Below are positions 10,770 through 18,892 of a stretch of DNA of 44,507 nt, piece after piece. Made by a program: the position numbers and the translations under genes. The stretch covers positions 1-44,507 of the forward strand of contig JBEQLE010000030.1 in the NCBI GenBank assembly GCA_040326155.1, read 5' to 3'. Source of the stretch: Leptospirales bacterium (GTDB lineage Bacteria; Spirochaetota; Leptospiria; Turneriellales; JAOUFE01). The notes beneath the pieces are model-generated. The model did not search any database, was not told the DNA's origin, and saw nothing but the letters and a program-made list of their open reading frames with translations. How positions within the stretch are numbered: the first letter of the stretch is position 1; the number at the start of each line of letters is the position of its first letter.

Positions 10770-10794
10770 CGAAACCGATCTGTTTCGTAGCCAA

Positions 10795-12342
10795 TTACTT
10801 TTCTGGTTTTTTTATCCAAACCGTGGTATTCTTTCGGTCAATAAATGTTTTTTGTACAATCGCTTGAATATCTTCAGATTTAACATTTTGTATTCTATCG
10901 ATATAATCGAAGAAGACATTATAGTCATTTAGCATTAATTCATAATACGATAATGTGTCGGCCATTCCCCCGTTTGAAGAAAGCTCGCCTAAAAGTTCCA
11001 CCATTACATTGTTCTTTACTTTATCAAGTTCGGCGTCGGTCACACCATTCTCGGCAATTTTTGAGAGTTCCTCTTGAGTGGCCTTCCAAATTTGTTCATA
11101 ACTGTCCTCAGAATATGCCCCGACAAAAATAGCAAAGTGGTTGGGTAATTTTCCACCAGGAATTCCATTGTAGGCACCCACAAACGTCGCAATTCTTTCG
11201 CGTATAACAAGCCTGTGAATTAAACGAGAAGTTTTTCCTTCGGTTAATACCCTTTCCAACACGTCATAAGCTGCGTCGTCGGGATGAGACATGGAGGGTT
11301 TTACCCACCCTGTAATCATGTATGGTGTGTGATCAGCTTCGAGCGTCGCCGTTTTTCGTCCAAGCGGCTCTTCATACTCAATGGGTGGAAAATCGGGTTC
11401 TTCACCGGCAGGTAACCGGGAAAAATATTTATGCAACGTTTTATACGCCTCATCAAATTCAATATCACCGACAATGGCAATAACCATACGCGAAGGAATA
11501 TAATTTCGATTGAAAAAATCACGGGTATTTTTTTCAGTCAATTTTTGTATGTTGCTTTCAAAACCGATGACAGGTTTACCGTAAGGGGACATACCATATG
11601 CGGTTTTATTAAACAGCTCATATAATAAGGAAGCCGGTTTCGAGTCATAACGCATTCGGCGTTCCTCAAGAATAACATCTCGCTCCTGATAAAATTCCCG
11701 AAAAACCGGATTCAGAAATCTTTCCGATTCAAGATAAGCCCAGAGTTCAAGTCGATTTCGAGGAAGTTTAATTTGATAATTTGTTACATCGCTGCTTGTA
11801 TATGCATTATAACCGACCTGACCCGCCAGAGAGTAAATTTTAGAATCTTCTTCGCTTATAATCAGGCCTTCACTGAACTTTTGCATCATAACCAGCCGTT
11901 TTTCCAGTTCAGATAACTTTCGCTCGTATTCTATGCGTTTTACCGATGATAGCAAAGGATCTTTTAACTTGTTTTTTATAGAATCAATTTTTGTTCCATA
12001 GATTTCAATTTGAATTAAATATTTCTCTTCTTTTGCAAAATCTCGTGTCCCGAGAGTTTCCGTTCCTTTGAATAAAAGATGCTCTAAAAAGTGGGCTGTA
12101 CCGGCCTGGTCAAATGGTTCATTGCTCGAACCCACCCCGATTTTCAAATAACAAGCAATAACCGGGCTGGTTTTATTTTGCATTAAAATAATGCGCAAAC
12201 CGTTATCAAGAGTATATTTTCGAATTCTGGATTGAAACTCTTGCCGAATTTTTTTTGATTCGACAGCCTCTGCCCATGCTGAACCGACTACGGGAATAAA
12301 TATTAATAAAAAAAACAGAACCTTTCTAGTAAGTAATTTCAT
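10795..12342 (-). CDS. M16 family (insulinase-like) zinc peptidase, exported
   Basis: Signal peptide, LDNGL, GTAHFLEHLLFKGT (HxxEH), YNAYTS, ERDVILEERRMR. Confidence 0.92.
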   Translation of the reverse strand: MKLLTRKVLFFLLIFIPVVGSAWAEAVESKKIRQEFQSRIRKYTLDNGLRIILMQNKTSPVIACYLKIGVGSSNEPFDQAGTAHFLEHLLFKGTETLGTRDFAKEEKYLIQIEIYGTKIDSIKNKLKDPLLSSVKRIEYERKLSELEKRLVMMQKFSEGLIISEEDSKIYSLAGQVGYNAYTSSDVTNYQIKLPRNRLELWAYLESERFLNPVFREFYQERDVILEERRMRYDSKPASLLYELFNKTAYGMSPYGKPVIGFESNIQKLTEKNTRDFFNRNYIPSRMVIAIVGDIEFDEAYKTLHKYFSRLPAGEEPDFPPIEYEEPLGRKTATLEADHTPYMITGWVKPSMSHPDDAAYDVLERVLTEGKTSRLIHRLVIRERIATFVGAYNGIPGGKLPNHFAIFVGAYSEDSYEQIWKATQEELSKIAENGVTDAELDKVKNNVMVELLGELSSNGGMADTLSYYELMLNDYNVFFDYIDRIQNVKSEDIQAIVQKTFIDRKNTTVWIKKPEK

Positions 12343-12419
12343 ATTGGAACAAAAACAGTTTAGTTCCTGACATGCAAATCAAAAATTATATTTGTGTTGC
12401 CCCGTTTGACGCGGTTCGG

Positions 12420-13328
12420 TCAATTTCGAATGTGAAAATCGTATTTAATCTTTTTTCCGTTACGATCAAGCAATATCTGTATACGGTTCATCGTAGCTAC
12501 ATTATTCCAGAGTTCCAGCATTCGCTCGGTATTTGACAACTCAAAACCATTGACCGATTTAATTACATCGCCCGAACGAGCGCCAAGAGCGTAAAATATA
12601 TGATTACCGCTTAAACGGAATATTTTAAAACCAACAATTTTCTTGTTCTCAAAGAGAGGTCCCCATTTTGCACCCCTGTACATATCTTCCCGGTTGCCTT
12701 TTAATTTTTCGTTTACTTCCTGCCGAAGTAAAACCCGGGTAATGAGGGTTACATCGCCCTCTTCAGCGACAGTTTGCTTGCCTCCAGCCTGGTTTTGGGC
12801 CAATTTGCCAGGGTCTTCCCCTACCCTTACAACTTTTTTTTCACCGTTTATACGAACCCAGATTTTTTCCCTGCCGATTCCGATAATCTTGGCTATACCA
12901 ATGCTCTGGCCAATCGCATATTCACGCGCCATCTCATTCGAGCCTATCACCTGAATTACAGCTCTGGCAAAAGACCAATGACCCTCAAGTGTCCCCAGCA
13001 AAATAAAATTTTTTACTTCTACAGTGGGAGTATCTTCGGCAGCCTCCATGCTTGAAATAGTAATAACATCGGCAAACAAGTTCCCACCAACAAGAGACTG
13101 TGGATTAATACGATTTGATTGCGGTGCTCGTGAGGGACTATTTGACCCACTGTTTTGAGCAGTGGGAGCGGAGGGTGGTTTAATTAAAATTGAAAACGTT
13201 GCAGCGTATGAAAAGCGGGCTACACCAAGTCCGCTGATAAATACAGCAAGAAAAGTCAGCGCTTTTTTACTGTGTAATATTCTGTCTAAAAAAGCGGAAA
13301 ACATAGATTGAAGAGATGACCAATTCAT
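12420..13328 (-). CDS. gspC: Type II secretion protein C (TM + HR + PDZ)
   Basis: N-terminal TM helix, LLGT...ARAVIQ...YAIGQ HR domain, C-terminal PDZ (GFKIFRL...ALGARSGDVIKSVNG). Confidence 0.78.
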   Translation of the reverse strand: MNWSSLQSMFSAFLDRILHSKKALTFLAVFISGLGVARFSYAATFSILIKPPSAPTAQNSGSNSPSRAPQSNRINPQSLVGGNLFADVITISSMEAAEDTPTVEVKNFILLGTLEGHWSFARAVIQVIGSNEMAREYAIGQSIGIAKIIGIGREKIWVRINGEKKVVRVGEDPGKLAQNQAGGKQTVAEEGDVTLITRVLLRQEVNEKLKGNREDMYRGAKWGPLFENKKIVGFKIFRLSGNHIFYALGARSGDVIKSVNGFELSNTERMLELWNNVATMNRIQILLDRNGKKIKYDFHIRN

Positions 13329-13334
13329 ACTATG

Positions 13335-13362
13335 AATATATCATTTTGAATGGTTCTGTCAA
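13335..13362 (-). promoter_or_regulatory. Sigma70-like promoter for gspC, probably leaderless
   Basis: Minus strand TTGACA-N16-TATATT with extended TGn; ATG lies 6 nt downstream with no SD. Confidence 0.55.
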
Positions 13363-13414
13363 TCAAATTATTGATAAATTAGCAAGTTGAATCAAAGTTG
13401 TTATTTAAATCGCG

Positions 13415-14137
13415 TTAGTCGCCTTGCCTGATAATTTGTTTTATTGCGAAATCTTCCAGAGTCGGGGTTAAAACCGGTTTTACATCCTTGTAATCGAGTT
13501 TAAATTCACTGGAGACTTTTTGCAAAGCTTCTTTTGCAGAAAACCGACTACAAAGGCTGAAAAAATGGACTAAAAAAGGGGTCACCTCATGAAAATGAAC
13601 TTCGTTGTCTAAAAAATCATAATATAAGACAATAGGAAAATTACCCAGAGTTTCAAACTCACCCAGGTGTATGCCATAGACCATTTTACGCAAATTCGCA
13701 GACTCATGTATAATCCACTGCTTTTCCCAAGTAAACGGAACCAATTCAGTTTTCCGGTAATTTTTCATAAACAATTCCACTTCTATCCATTCATACCAGA
13801 GCAAATCTTCAACATATGGAAAATCGTCCCTCATATTCTTACCGATTACAAAGTTACGAAATTCATCGGGCATTTGCCAGATATAGGGAGTTGAAGGTTT
13901 CGTAAGTATAAATTCAGCGATCAACCTTTGAAAAAGTTCATTACCGATTTTTTGAGCAAAAACAGGAAAACTATTTTGCAGAACTTCCCTGAATCGATAT
14001 TGCACCAGGTCACGATAAAGATGGAGACGGTTTTCATTGCCACCCGAAATTTCTGTTTCACCGGTTATATGCGATATAAACCGTTTTTGTATCTCATGCT
14101 CCAGCAAAAGCCCTTTAGGTTTATGGTCAAGGTTCAT
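13415..14137 (-). CDS. DUF2063-type MNIO partner protein (HvfC/BufC-like)
   Basis: RLHLYRDLV...LQNSFPV...STPYIWQMPDEF...DLLWYEWIE; overlaps the end of the DUF692 gene by 11 nt. Confidence 0.85.
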   Translation of the reverse strand: MNLDHKPKGLLLEHEIQKRFISHITGETEISGGNENRLHLYRDLVQYRFREVLQNSFPVFAQKIGNELFQRLIAEFILTKPSTPYIWQMPDEFRNFVIGKNMRDDFPYVEDLLWYEWIEVELFMKNYRKTELVPFTWEKQWIIHESANLRKMVYGIHLGEFETLGNFPIVLYYDFLDNEVHFHEVTPFLVHFFSLCSRFSAKEALQKVSSEFKLDYKDVKPVLTPTLEDFAIKQIIRQGD

Positions 14138-14957
14138 AATATGTGTTCGTAATTCCTTTTAACAATGCGTACTCTTTTTCGATCTCGCCCAGAGGGGGAA
14201 TATTATTGTCCCGCTCCAATAAAACAGGAGCGCGAACCAAATTTAGAGTAAATTTCAACAGTTCCCATACCTCATCGATCACGGGTTTTCCATGGGTGTC
14301 CACATAGATTTCCTCCTGCTCAAACCAGGAATGCCCGGCAACATGAAGATAAGCGACTCGATCAAGCGATAGATTTTTTATAAAAAGTTTCGGGTCAAAT
14401 CCGTGATTCACCGAATTTACATAGACATTATTAACATCGAGAAGCATTGGCATTCCAGATTTTTCAAGCACAAGGTTAATAAATTCAGATTCCGGCATTT
14501 CAGCATAAGGAACATGATAATAAGTGGCATTTTCCATAATGACAGGCATACCGAGAAAATCAGCCGCTTTTTTCAGTTTATCTGCTATAAAATTAGCCAT
14601 GGCCACTGTCATGGGCACAGGCAAAAGTTCATAGGTCTGCCCCCCCGAAAAAGCAGAAAAACTAAGGTGCTCGGAATAGTGTTTTATGTTAAAAAGTTCG
14701 AAAAAGGTTTTTACCTCACTCAGAAAATTCAGGTTGAGTGGGTCAACAGAACCAATGGAAAGTGAAAGGCCGTGCGCGACTAAAGGTATACCTTCAATGA
14801 CCTTTTCAAAATAATCGCGAAACTCAAAGGGCATTGAAATCCAGTTTTCGGGAACAATTTCATACCAATCTGGTCTAAAATCGGAGTTTTGCAGGCTACG
14901 TAAAAATTCACGCCGCAGACCTACCCCACACCCGGAAATCCCCTCAAGAGTTACCAT
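14127..14957 (-). CDS. DUF692 multinuclear non-heme iron oxidase (MNIO; HvfB/BufB/MbnB/TglH family)
   Basis: GVGLRR, EIVPENW, HGLSLSIGS, YSEHLS, MEN, LLDVNNVYVN, YLHVAGH, DTHG, LLERD. Confidence 0.95.
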   Translation of the reverse strand: MVTLEGISGCGVGLRREFLRSLQNSDFRPDWYEIVPENWISMPFEFRDYFEKVIEGIPLVAHGLSLSIGSVDPLNLNFLSEVKTFFELFNIKHYSEHLSFSAFSGGQTYELLPVPMTVAMANFIADKLKKAADFLGMPVIMENATYYHVPYAEMPESEFINLVLEKSGMPMLLDVNNVYVNSVNHGFDPKLFIKNLSLDRVAYLHVAGHSWFEQEEIYVDTHGKPVIDEVWELLKFTLNLVRAPVLLERDNNIPPLGEIEKEYALLKGITNTYYEP

Positions 14958-14990
14958 TCCTTTAAAATTTGTACTTCTGACTAATGTGTA

Positions 14991-15299
14991 CTAATTACCG
15001 GTTGTATCTTTCTCGGTTTTGCCCGATTCAGGTGTTTCACCCTTTTCAACATCATATAAAGACGCATCGTCTTTATGTGCACCGTCTTTATGTGCACCGT
15101 CTTTATGCGCATCGTCTTTATGTGCATCTGGACACTCTTTCATAGAACCACATTTGCCGGCTCCACATTTCATCTCTTCGCATTTTTTATCTGAGGCTTC
15201 TTTATCTTTTGATTCTGCGGTTTTATCACTACAAGCGACCGAACCACTTATTGCTGTACCCAGCACAAGCGCTAGTAACATTTTTTTATCGTTTTTCAT
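14991..15299 (-). CDS. Oxazolin/bufferin-like RiPP precursor with lipoprotein signal and His repeats
   Basis: Hydrophobic leader ending SVA-C23; KKCEEMKCGAGKCG core (HvfA-like KCG motifs); (AHKDx)4; lies directly upstream of the MNIO. Confidence 0.85.
   Translation of the reverse strand: MKNDKKMLLALVLGTAISGSVACSDKTAESKDKEASDKKCEEMKCGAGKCGSMKECPDAHKDDAHKDGAHKDGAHKDDASLYDVEKGETPESGKTEKDTTGN
15064..15128. repeat. 15-bp tandem repeat, about 4.3 copies, encoding AHKD(D/G)
   Basis: gca(t/c)cgtctttatg(t/c) x4 plus gcatc. Confidence 0.95.
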
Positions 15300-15343
15300 G
15301 TTAAGGAGTAAAACAAAAAGAAAAGAGGTATCGTCCAGCTTTT

Positions 15344-16117
15344 TTATAATACTTTTTCTGCGGGGACGGGTCGAATCGGAATTCCCTTATCATCTAAATA
15401 CTCTTTTAGTTCACCGATTCCAATTTCGCGAAAATGAAAAATAGACGCCGCCAGAGCCGCTTCAGCGCCTGCTTCGAAAGCTTCGTACATATGCTCTTTT
15501 GTTCCAGCGCCACCAGAAGCAATAACAGGAATACTTACAGCGCTTGAAACACCGCTTGTAAGTTCAAGGTCGAAGCCCTTTTTTGTGCCATCGCGGTTCA
15601 TGCTGGTAAGCAAAATCTCTCCGGCTCCCAGTTTTTCAGCCTCTTTAGCCCACTCAATGGCATTTTTACCGGTCGCGGTTCTTCCACCGTGTAAAAAAAC
15701 CTCATAGAACTCACCGTTAAAACGCGCATCTATGGCACAGACAATACACTGGCTACCAAAATGCTCTGCACCCTCGGTAATCAGCCCAGGGTTCTCAAAA
15801 GCCGCCGTATTAATGGCAACTTTATCAGCTCCCTCACCTAAAATCATCCTCATATCTTCGAGTGTTCGAATTCCACCACCGACCAGATAAGGTATAAAAA
15901 GATGCTCTGAGACCTCTTTTACTAAATTAAGTATAATACTTCTACGATCAGAAGATGCGGTAATGTCCAGAAATACGAGTTCATCGGCCCCTTCATTTTC
16001 ATACGCAACTGCGTTTTCAACCGGATCGCCCGCATCTGTAAGGTTAAGAAACTCAACCCCTTTAACAACCCTTCCGTCTTTAACATCAAGACAGGGTACA
16101 ATACGCTTTGTGTGCAT
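15344..16117 (-). CDS. hisF: Imidazole glycerol phosphate synthase cyclase subunit
   Basis: [60 protein letters not shown]. Confidence 0.98.
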   Translation of the reverse strand: MHTKRIVPCLDVKDGRVVKGVEFLNLTDAGDPVENAVAYENEGADELVFLDITASSDRRSIILNLVKEVSEHLFIPYLVGGGIRTLEDMRMILGEGADKVAINTAAFENPGLITEGAEHFGSQCIVCAIDARFNGEFYEVFLHGGRTATGKNAIEWAKEAEKLGAGEILLTSMNRDGTKKGFDLELTSGVSSAVSIPVIASGGAGTKEHMYEAFEAGAEAALAASIFHFREIGIGELKEYLDDKGIPIRPVPAEKVL

Positions 16118-16830
16118 TAACGATATTCTCTTCTTCTTCTAGGTTTTAACTCTATCATTTTTGCGTTTGCTGTTTCTGACTCTTCAATTAAATATTTCAC
16201 TGTACGAGCAACATCTTCGGGCATTAATATAAACTCAGAATCACTTTTATCATGCTGGTGGTCTTCTCCGAAATCAGTTAAAACAGAACCGGGGCAAAGT
16301 GCTGTTACAGCAATGCCAAACTCCTTCAAATCTTCACGAAGGGACTCTGTAAACCCGACCACAGCAAACTTCGAAGCCGCGTACGCTGTACCGGTTTTAA
16401 AACCGTTAAGCCCGGCTACGGAGGCAATATTAATAATTTGTCCCTTCTTTTGTGCAATTAAATGAGGAGTTACATGCTTGGTAAATAAAAAAGTTCCGTA
16501 TACATTGACTTTTTGTATTTCCAGGAATTCTTCGGGAGTAAACTCATCCACTCTTTTAAAAGCGCCTATACCGGCGTTGTTAATCAAGACGTCAATTCGT
16601 CCATACCTATCCAATGTTTTTTCAATACACATGGTAACGTTACTCTCAACAGTAACATCACAACGAACAGGAAACGCGTCCCCCCCCTGCTTTTTAATAC
16701 CGGAAGCCAGATTCAATATAGCCGTTTCATTACGAGATGCCAGCACGACTTGGTAATCCAGTAGGGATTCAGCAATTGCTCTGCCAATGCCTCTAGAAGC
16801 GCCTGTTATTATTACGACTTTTTTTTCCAT
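16117..16830 (-). CDS. Short-chain dehydrogenase/reductase
   Basis: [17 protein letters not shown]. The ATG at 16830 is preferred. Confidence 0.93.
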   Translation of the reverse strand: MEKKVVIITGASRGIGRAIAESLLDYQVVLASRNETAILNLASGIKKQGGDAFPVRCDVTVESNVTMCIEKTLDRYGRIDVLINNAGIGAFKRVDEFTPEEFLEIQKVNVYGTFLFTKHVTPHLIAQKKGQIINIASVAGLNGFKTGTAYAASKFAVVGFTESLREDLKEFGIAVTALCPGSVLTDFGEDHQHDKSDSEFILMPEDVARTVKYLIEESETANAKMIELKPRRRREYR

Positions 16831-16837
16831 ATGGTTC

Positions 16838-16865
16838 AATATACAAAACTATGACAAAGTGTCAA
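16838..16865 (-). promoter_or_regulatory. Sigma70-like promoter for SDR-hisF, probably leaderless
   Basis: Minus strand TTGACA-N16-TATATT; ATG lies 7 nt downstream with no SD. Confidence 0.55.
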
Positions 16866-16984
16866 TAAAAGTTGCAAAATTTCCATATTTTTTATTTACA
16901 CCGTGTTTACCTCTATTTACCCAAACAAGATAAAATATTAAATTAGATGATTAACAATTAAACTAACGTCAAAAGGATATTTAA

Positions 16985-17164
16985 ATGGAAGCAAGTGAAA
17001 AGAAAGTATATGACGCCATAAAAGCAGCCAAAGAACCGGTAAAATCCGCTCAAGTGGCCGATGCAACAGGTATCGACAAAAAAGATATAGCTAAAATCAT
17101 AAAAAAGTTGAAAACTGACGGAAAAGTAATCTCACCCAAAAACTGCTATTATAGCGCAAACTAA
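16985..17164 (+). CDS. Small winged-helix protein (59 aa)
   Basis: Below the track cutoff. MEASEKKVYDAIKAAKEPVKSAQVADATGIDKKDIAKIIKKLKTDGKVISPKNCYYSAN; SD AAAGGA; HTH-plus-wing pattern. Confidence 0.8.
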   Translation: MEASEKKVYDAIKAAKEPVKSAQVADATGIDKKDIAKIIKKLKTDGKVISPKNCYYSAN

Positions 17165-17253
17165 TTAGACACACAATTTTTCCGAAAAACGAGTAAAAGA
17201 TCAAGATTTGCTCCATTTTATCCCGATAATGTAATATAAACGGGAGTAGAATT

Positions 17254-17436
17254 ATGCAAATAGGATCAACTACAAACGTCGCAATGCAATCTGCCCATGA
17301 AATGGGAAACCTTCTCAAGGACATGACGGCAAAGACAGAGAATTTTCAAGACAAAATGCTGGATACAGTCGTACACCACAAAGTACAAACCCAGGAAGCA
17401 CGCGCAAAAGCGCAAATGCTAGACGTATTCGCATAA
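17254..17436 (+). CDS. Small hypothetical protein, possibly YjfB-like (motility-associated)
   Basis: SD GGGAG, 60 aa, C-terminal LDVFA; upstream TCAAG...CCCGATAA resembles a sigma28 promoter; followed by hairpins. Confidence 0.55.
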   Translation: MQIGSTTNVAMQSAHEMGNLLKDMTAKTENFQDKMLDTVVHHKVQTQEARAKAQMLDVFA

Positions 17437-17498
17437 GCGTTTAAAAGGGGGGCTTTAGTATTTACGACCTTATGTAAATATCTGCCCCCCCTCGCGCC

Positions 17499-17533
17499 AA
17501 CCCGGGCGGGGCACAAGCCCCGCCCGGGTTTTT
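17499..17533 (+). terminator. Strong GC-rich hairpin, likely an intrinsic terminator
   Basis: AACCCGGGCGGGGC-ACAA-GCCCCGCCCGGGTT, a perfect 14-bp stem followed by Ts. A second, weaker hairpin lies at about 17447-17491. Confidence 0.7.
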
Positions 17534-17898
17534 GCTACCCCCCGATTCCATATCTATTCTATAGATTTAAACAAAACGGTATTTTTCTGTAAAAACCCGA
17601 AAAACCATCGCGGCTATCGGGGCTCAAGCCAAAAACCGCTAAAATTTTTTTGTGCAACCATAGAAGAAATTTGACGAAAGATCAAAAATCCAATGTGCTG
17701 AACTCTATATCGGATTTACTTGGAAGCCCGAAAAAATTTGAATATAGTTTAAATATCTGAGATGTCGTAAGAAGTTGAAATATACCATTTACAGATACAT
17801 AATCATGACAAAAAATGATTTTACATGATTATTGGGTTTTATATACTCACTATGAAATTAAGGCGACCTGATAGGCACTTTTTTCACGGAGGTAGATT

Positions 17899-18804
17899 AT
17901 GAGTTATGACGACATGGAATTCAGAAAATTTACATACAAAAGTGAGTTTGATAAGTCAATCCATACTTTAGAAGGAATATTAACGGGAATATCGCTCGAT
18001 AGACAGATAAATGAAGTTGAAGTTTCAGAGTTGCAAATTTGGTTATCTGCTCATTCTGAATTTAATCATAAACAGCCGTTCAAAGAATTAATACCAATTA
18101 TTAGTGAAGCAATTTCAGATAATTATTTAGATGAGGAAGAGAAAAAAAACATTCTTTGGTTTTGCGAAAATTACCATGCAGATAATAAGTTTTACGATTC
18201 AATCACACATGATATTCAAGTTTTACACGGAATATTACATGGCATCATTTCCGATAATATTATTTCAGATGGAGAAGTTATTAATCTGCAGAAATGGTTA
18301 AGTGATAGAGAACATTTATCTGGGTGCTATCCTTATGACGAATTAAATGGTTTGCTGCTTGAAATTTTAAAGGATGGTATAATTGACGATAATGAACGGA
18401 AGGTATTGCAAAAATTTTTTAGTGAATTCGCTTTAATCTTTGTTGATAGCAAAATTAATGTCAGTTTAACTGATACATATGAAACACCAATATCTATATC
18501 TGGCATTTGTGCCGCGGACCCAAATATATATTTTTCTGAAAAAGTCTTTTGTTTTACTGGCAAATCCTCTCGCACTAAGCGAAGTGATTTGATCGATATT
18601 GTGAATAGTTTAGGTGGTGTTTATGTAAACAGTATTTCCAAAAACACTGATTATTTAATCGTGGGCGATGGAGGTAATCCTGCATGGGCATATTCTTGCT
18701 ATGGACGAAAAGTTGAGGAAGCAATGGAGATCAGAAAAAACGGGTCAAAAGTGATTGTAGCACATGAAAATGATTTTTGGGATGCAGTTCAAGACCAGAA
18801 TTAA
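17899..18804 (+). CDS. Tandem TerB-like helical repeats plus C-terminal BRCT domain
   Basis: Four D-x-x-(I/L)-x-x-x-E motifs (DRQINEVE, DNYLDEEE, DNIISDGE, DGIIDDNE); BRCT FCFTG...GG...TDYLIVG...YGRKVEEA...HENDFW; SD GGAGG. Confidence 0.82.
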   Translation: MSYDDMEFRKFTYKSEFDKSIHTLEGILTGISLDRQINEVEVSELQIWLSAHSEFNHKQPFKELIPIISEAISDNYLDEEEKKNILWFCENYHADNKFYDSITHDIQVLHGILHGIISDNIISDGEVINLQKWLSDREHLSGCYPYDELNGLLLEILKDGIIDDNERKVLQKFFSEFALIFVDSKINVSLTDTYETPISISGICAADPNIYFSEKVFCFTGKSSRTKRSDLIDIVNSLGGVYVNSISKNTDYLIVGDGGNPAWAYSCYGRKVEEAMEIRKNGSKVIVAHENDFWDAVQDQN

Positions 18805-18892
18805 TTCTTTAAAAAGCATTGACACCATAAATTTACTATGTCTTTTATGAAACAATTTCCTACATTGGAAAAGTAATAAATGGTGGTAACAC

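Noticed and set aside
15064..15128. Possible CRISPR-like array
   Set aside because: The 15-bp units are contiguous, have no spacers, lie in frame within a CDS, and no cas genes are present.
15019..15444. 141-aa plus-strand ORF with SLCAP repeats
   Set aside because: It is antisense to the RiPP precursor, which has the signal peptide and operon context.
17899..18804. NAD-dependent DNA ligase
   Set aside because: Only a BRCT domain is present; there is no adenylation or OB domain.
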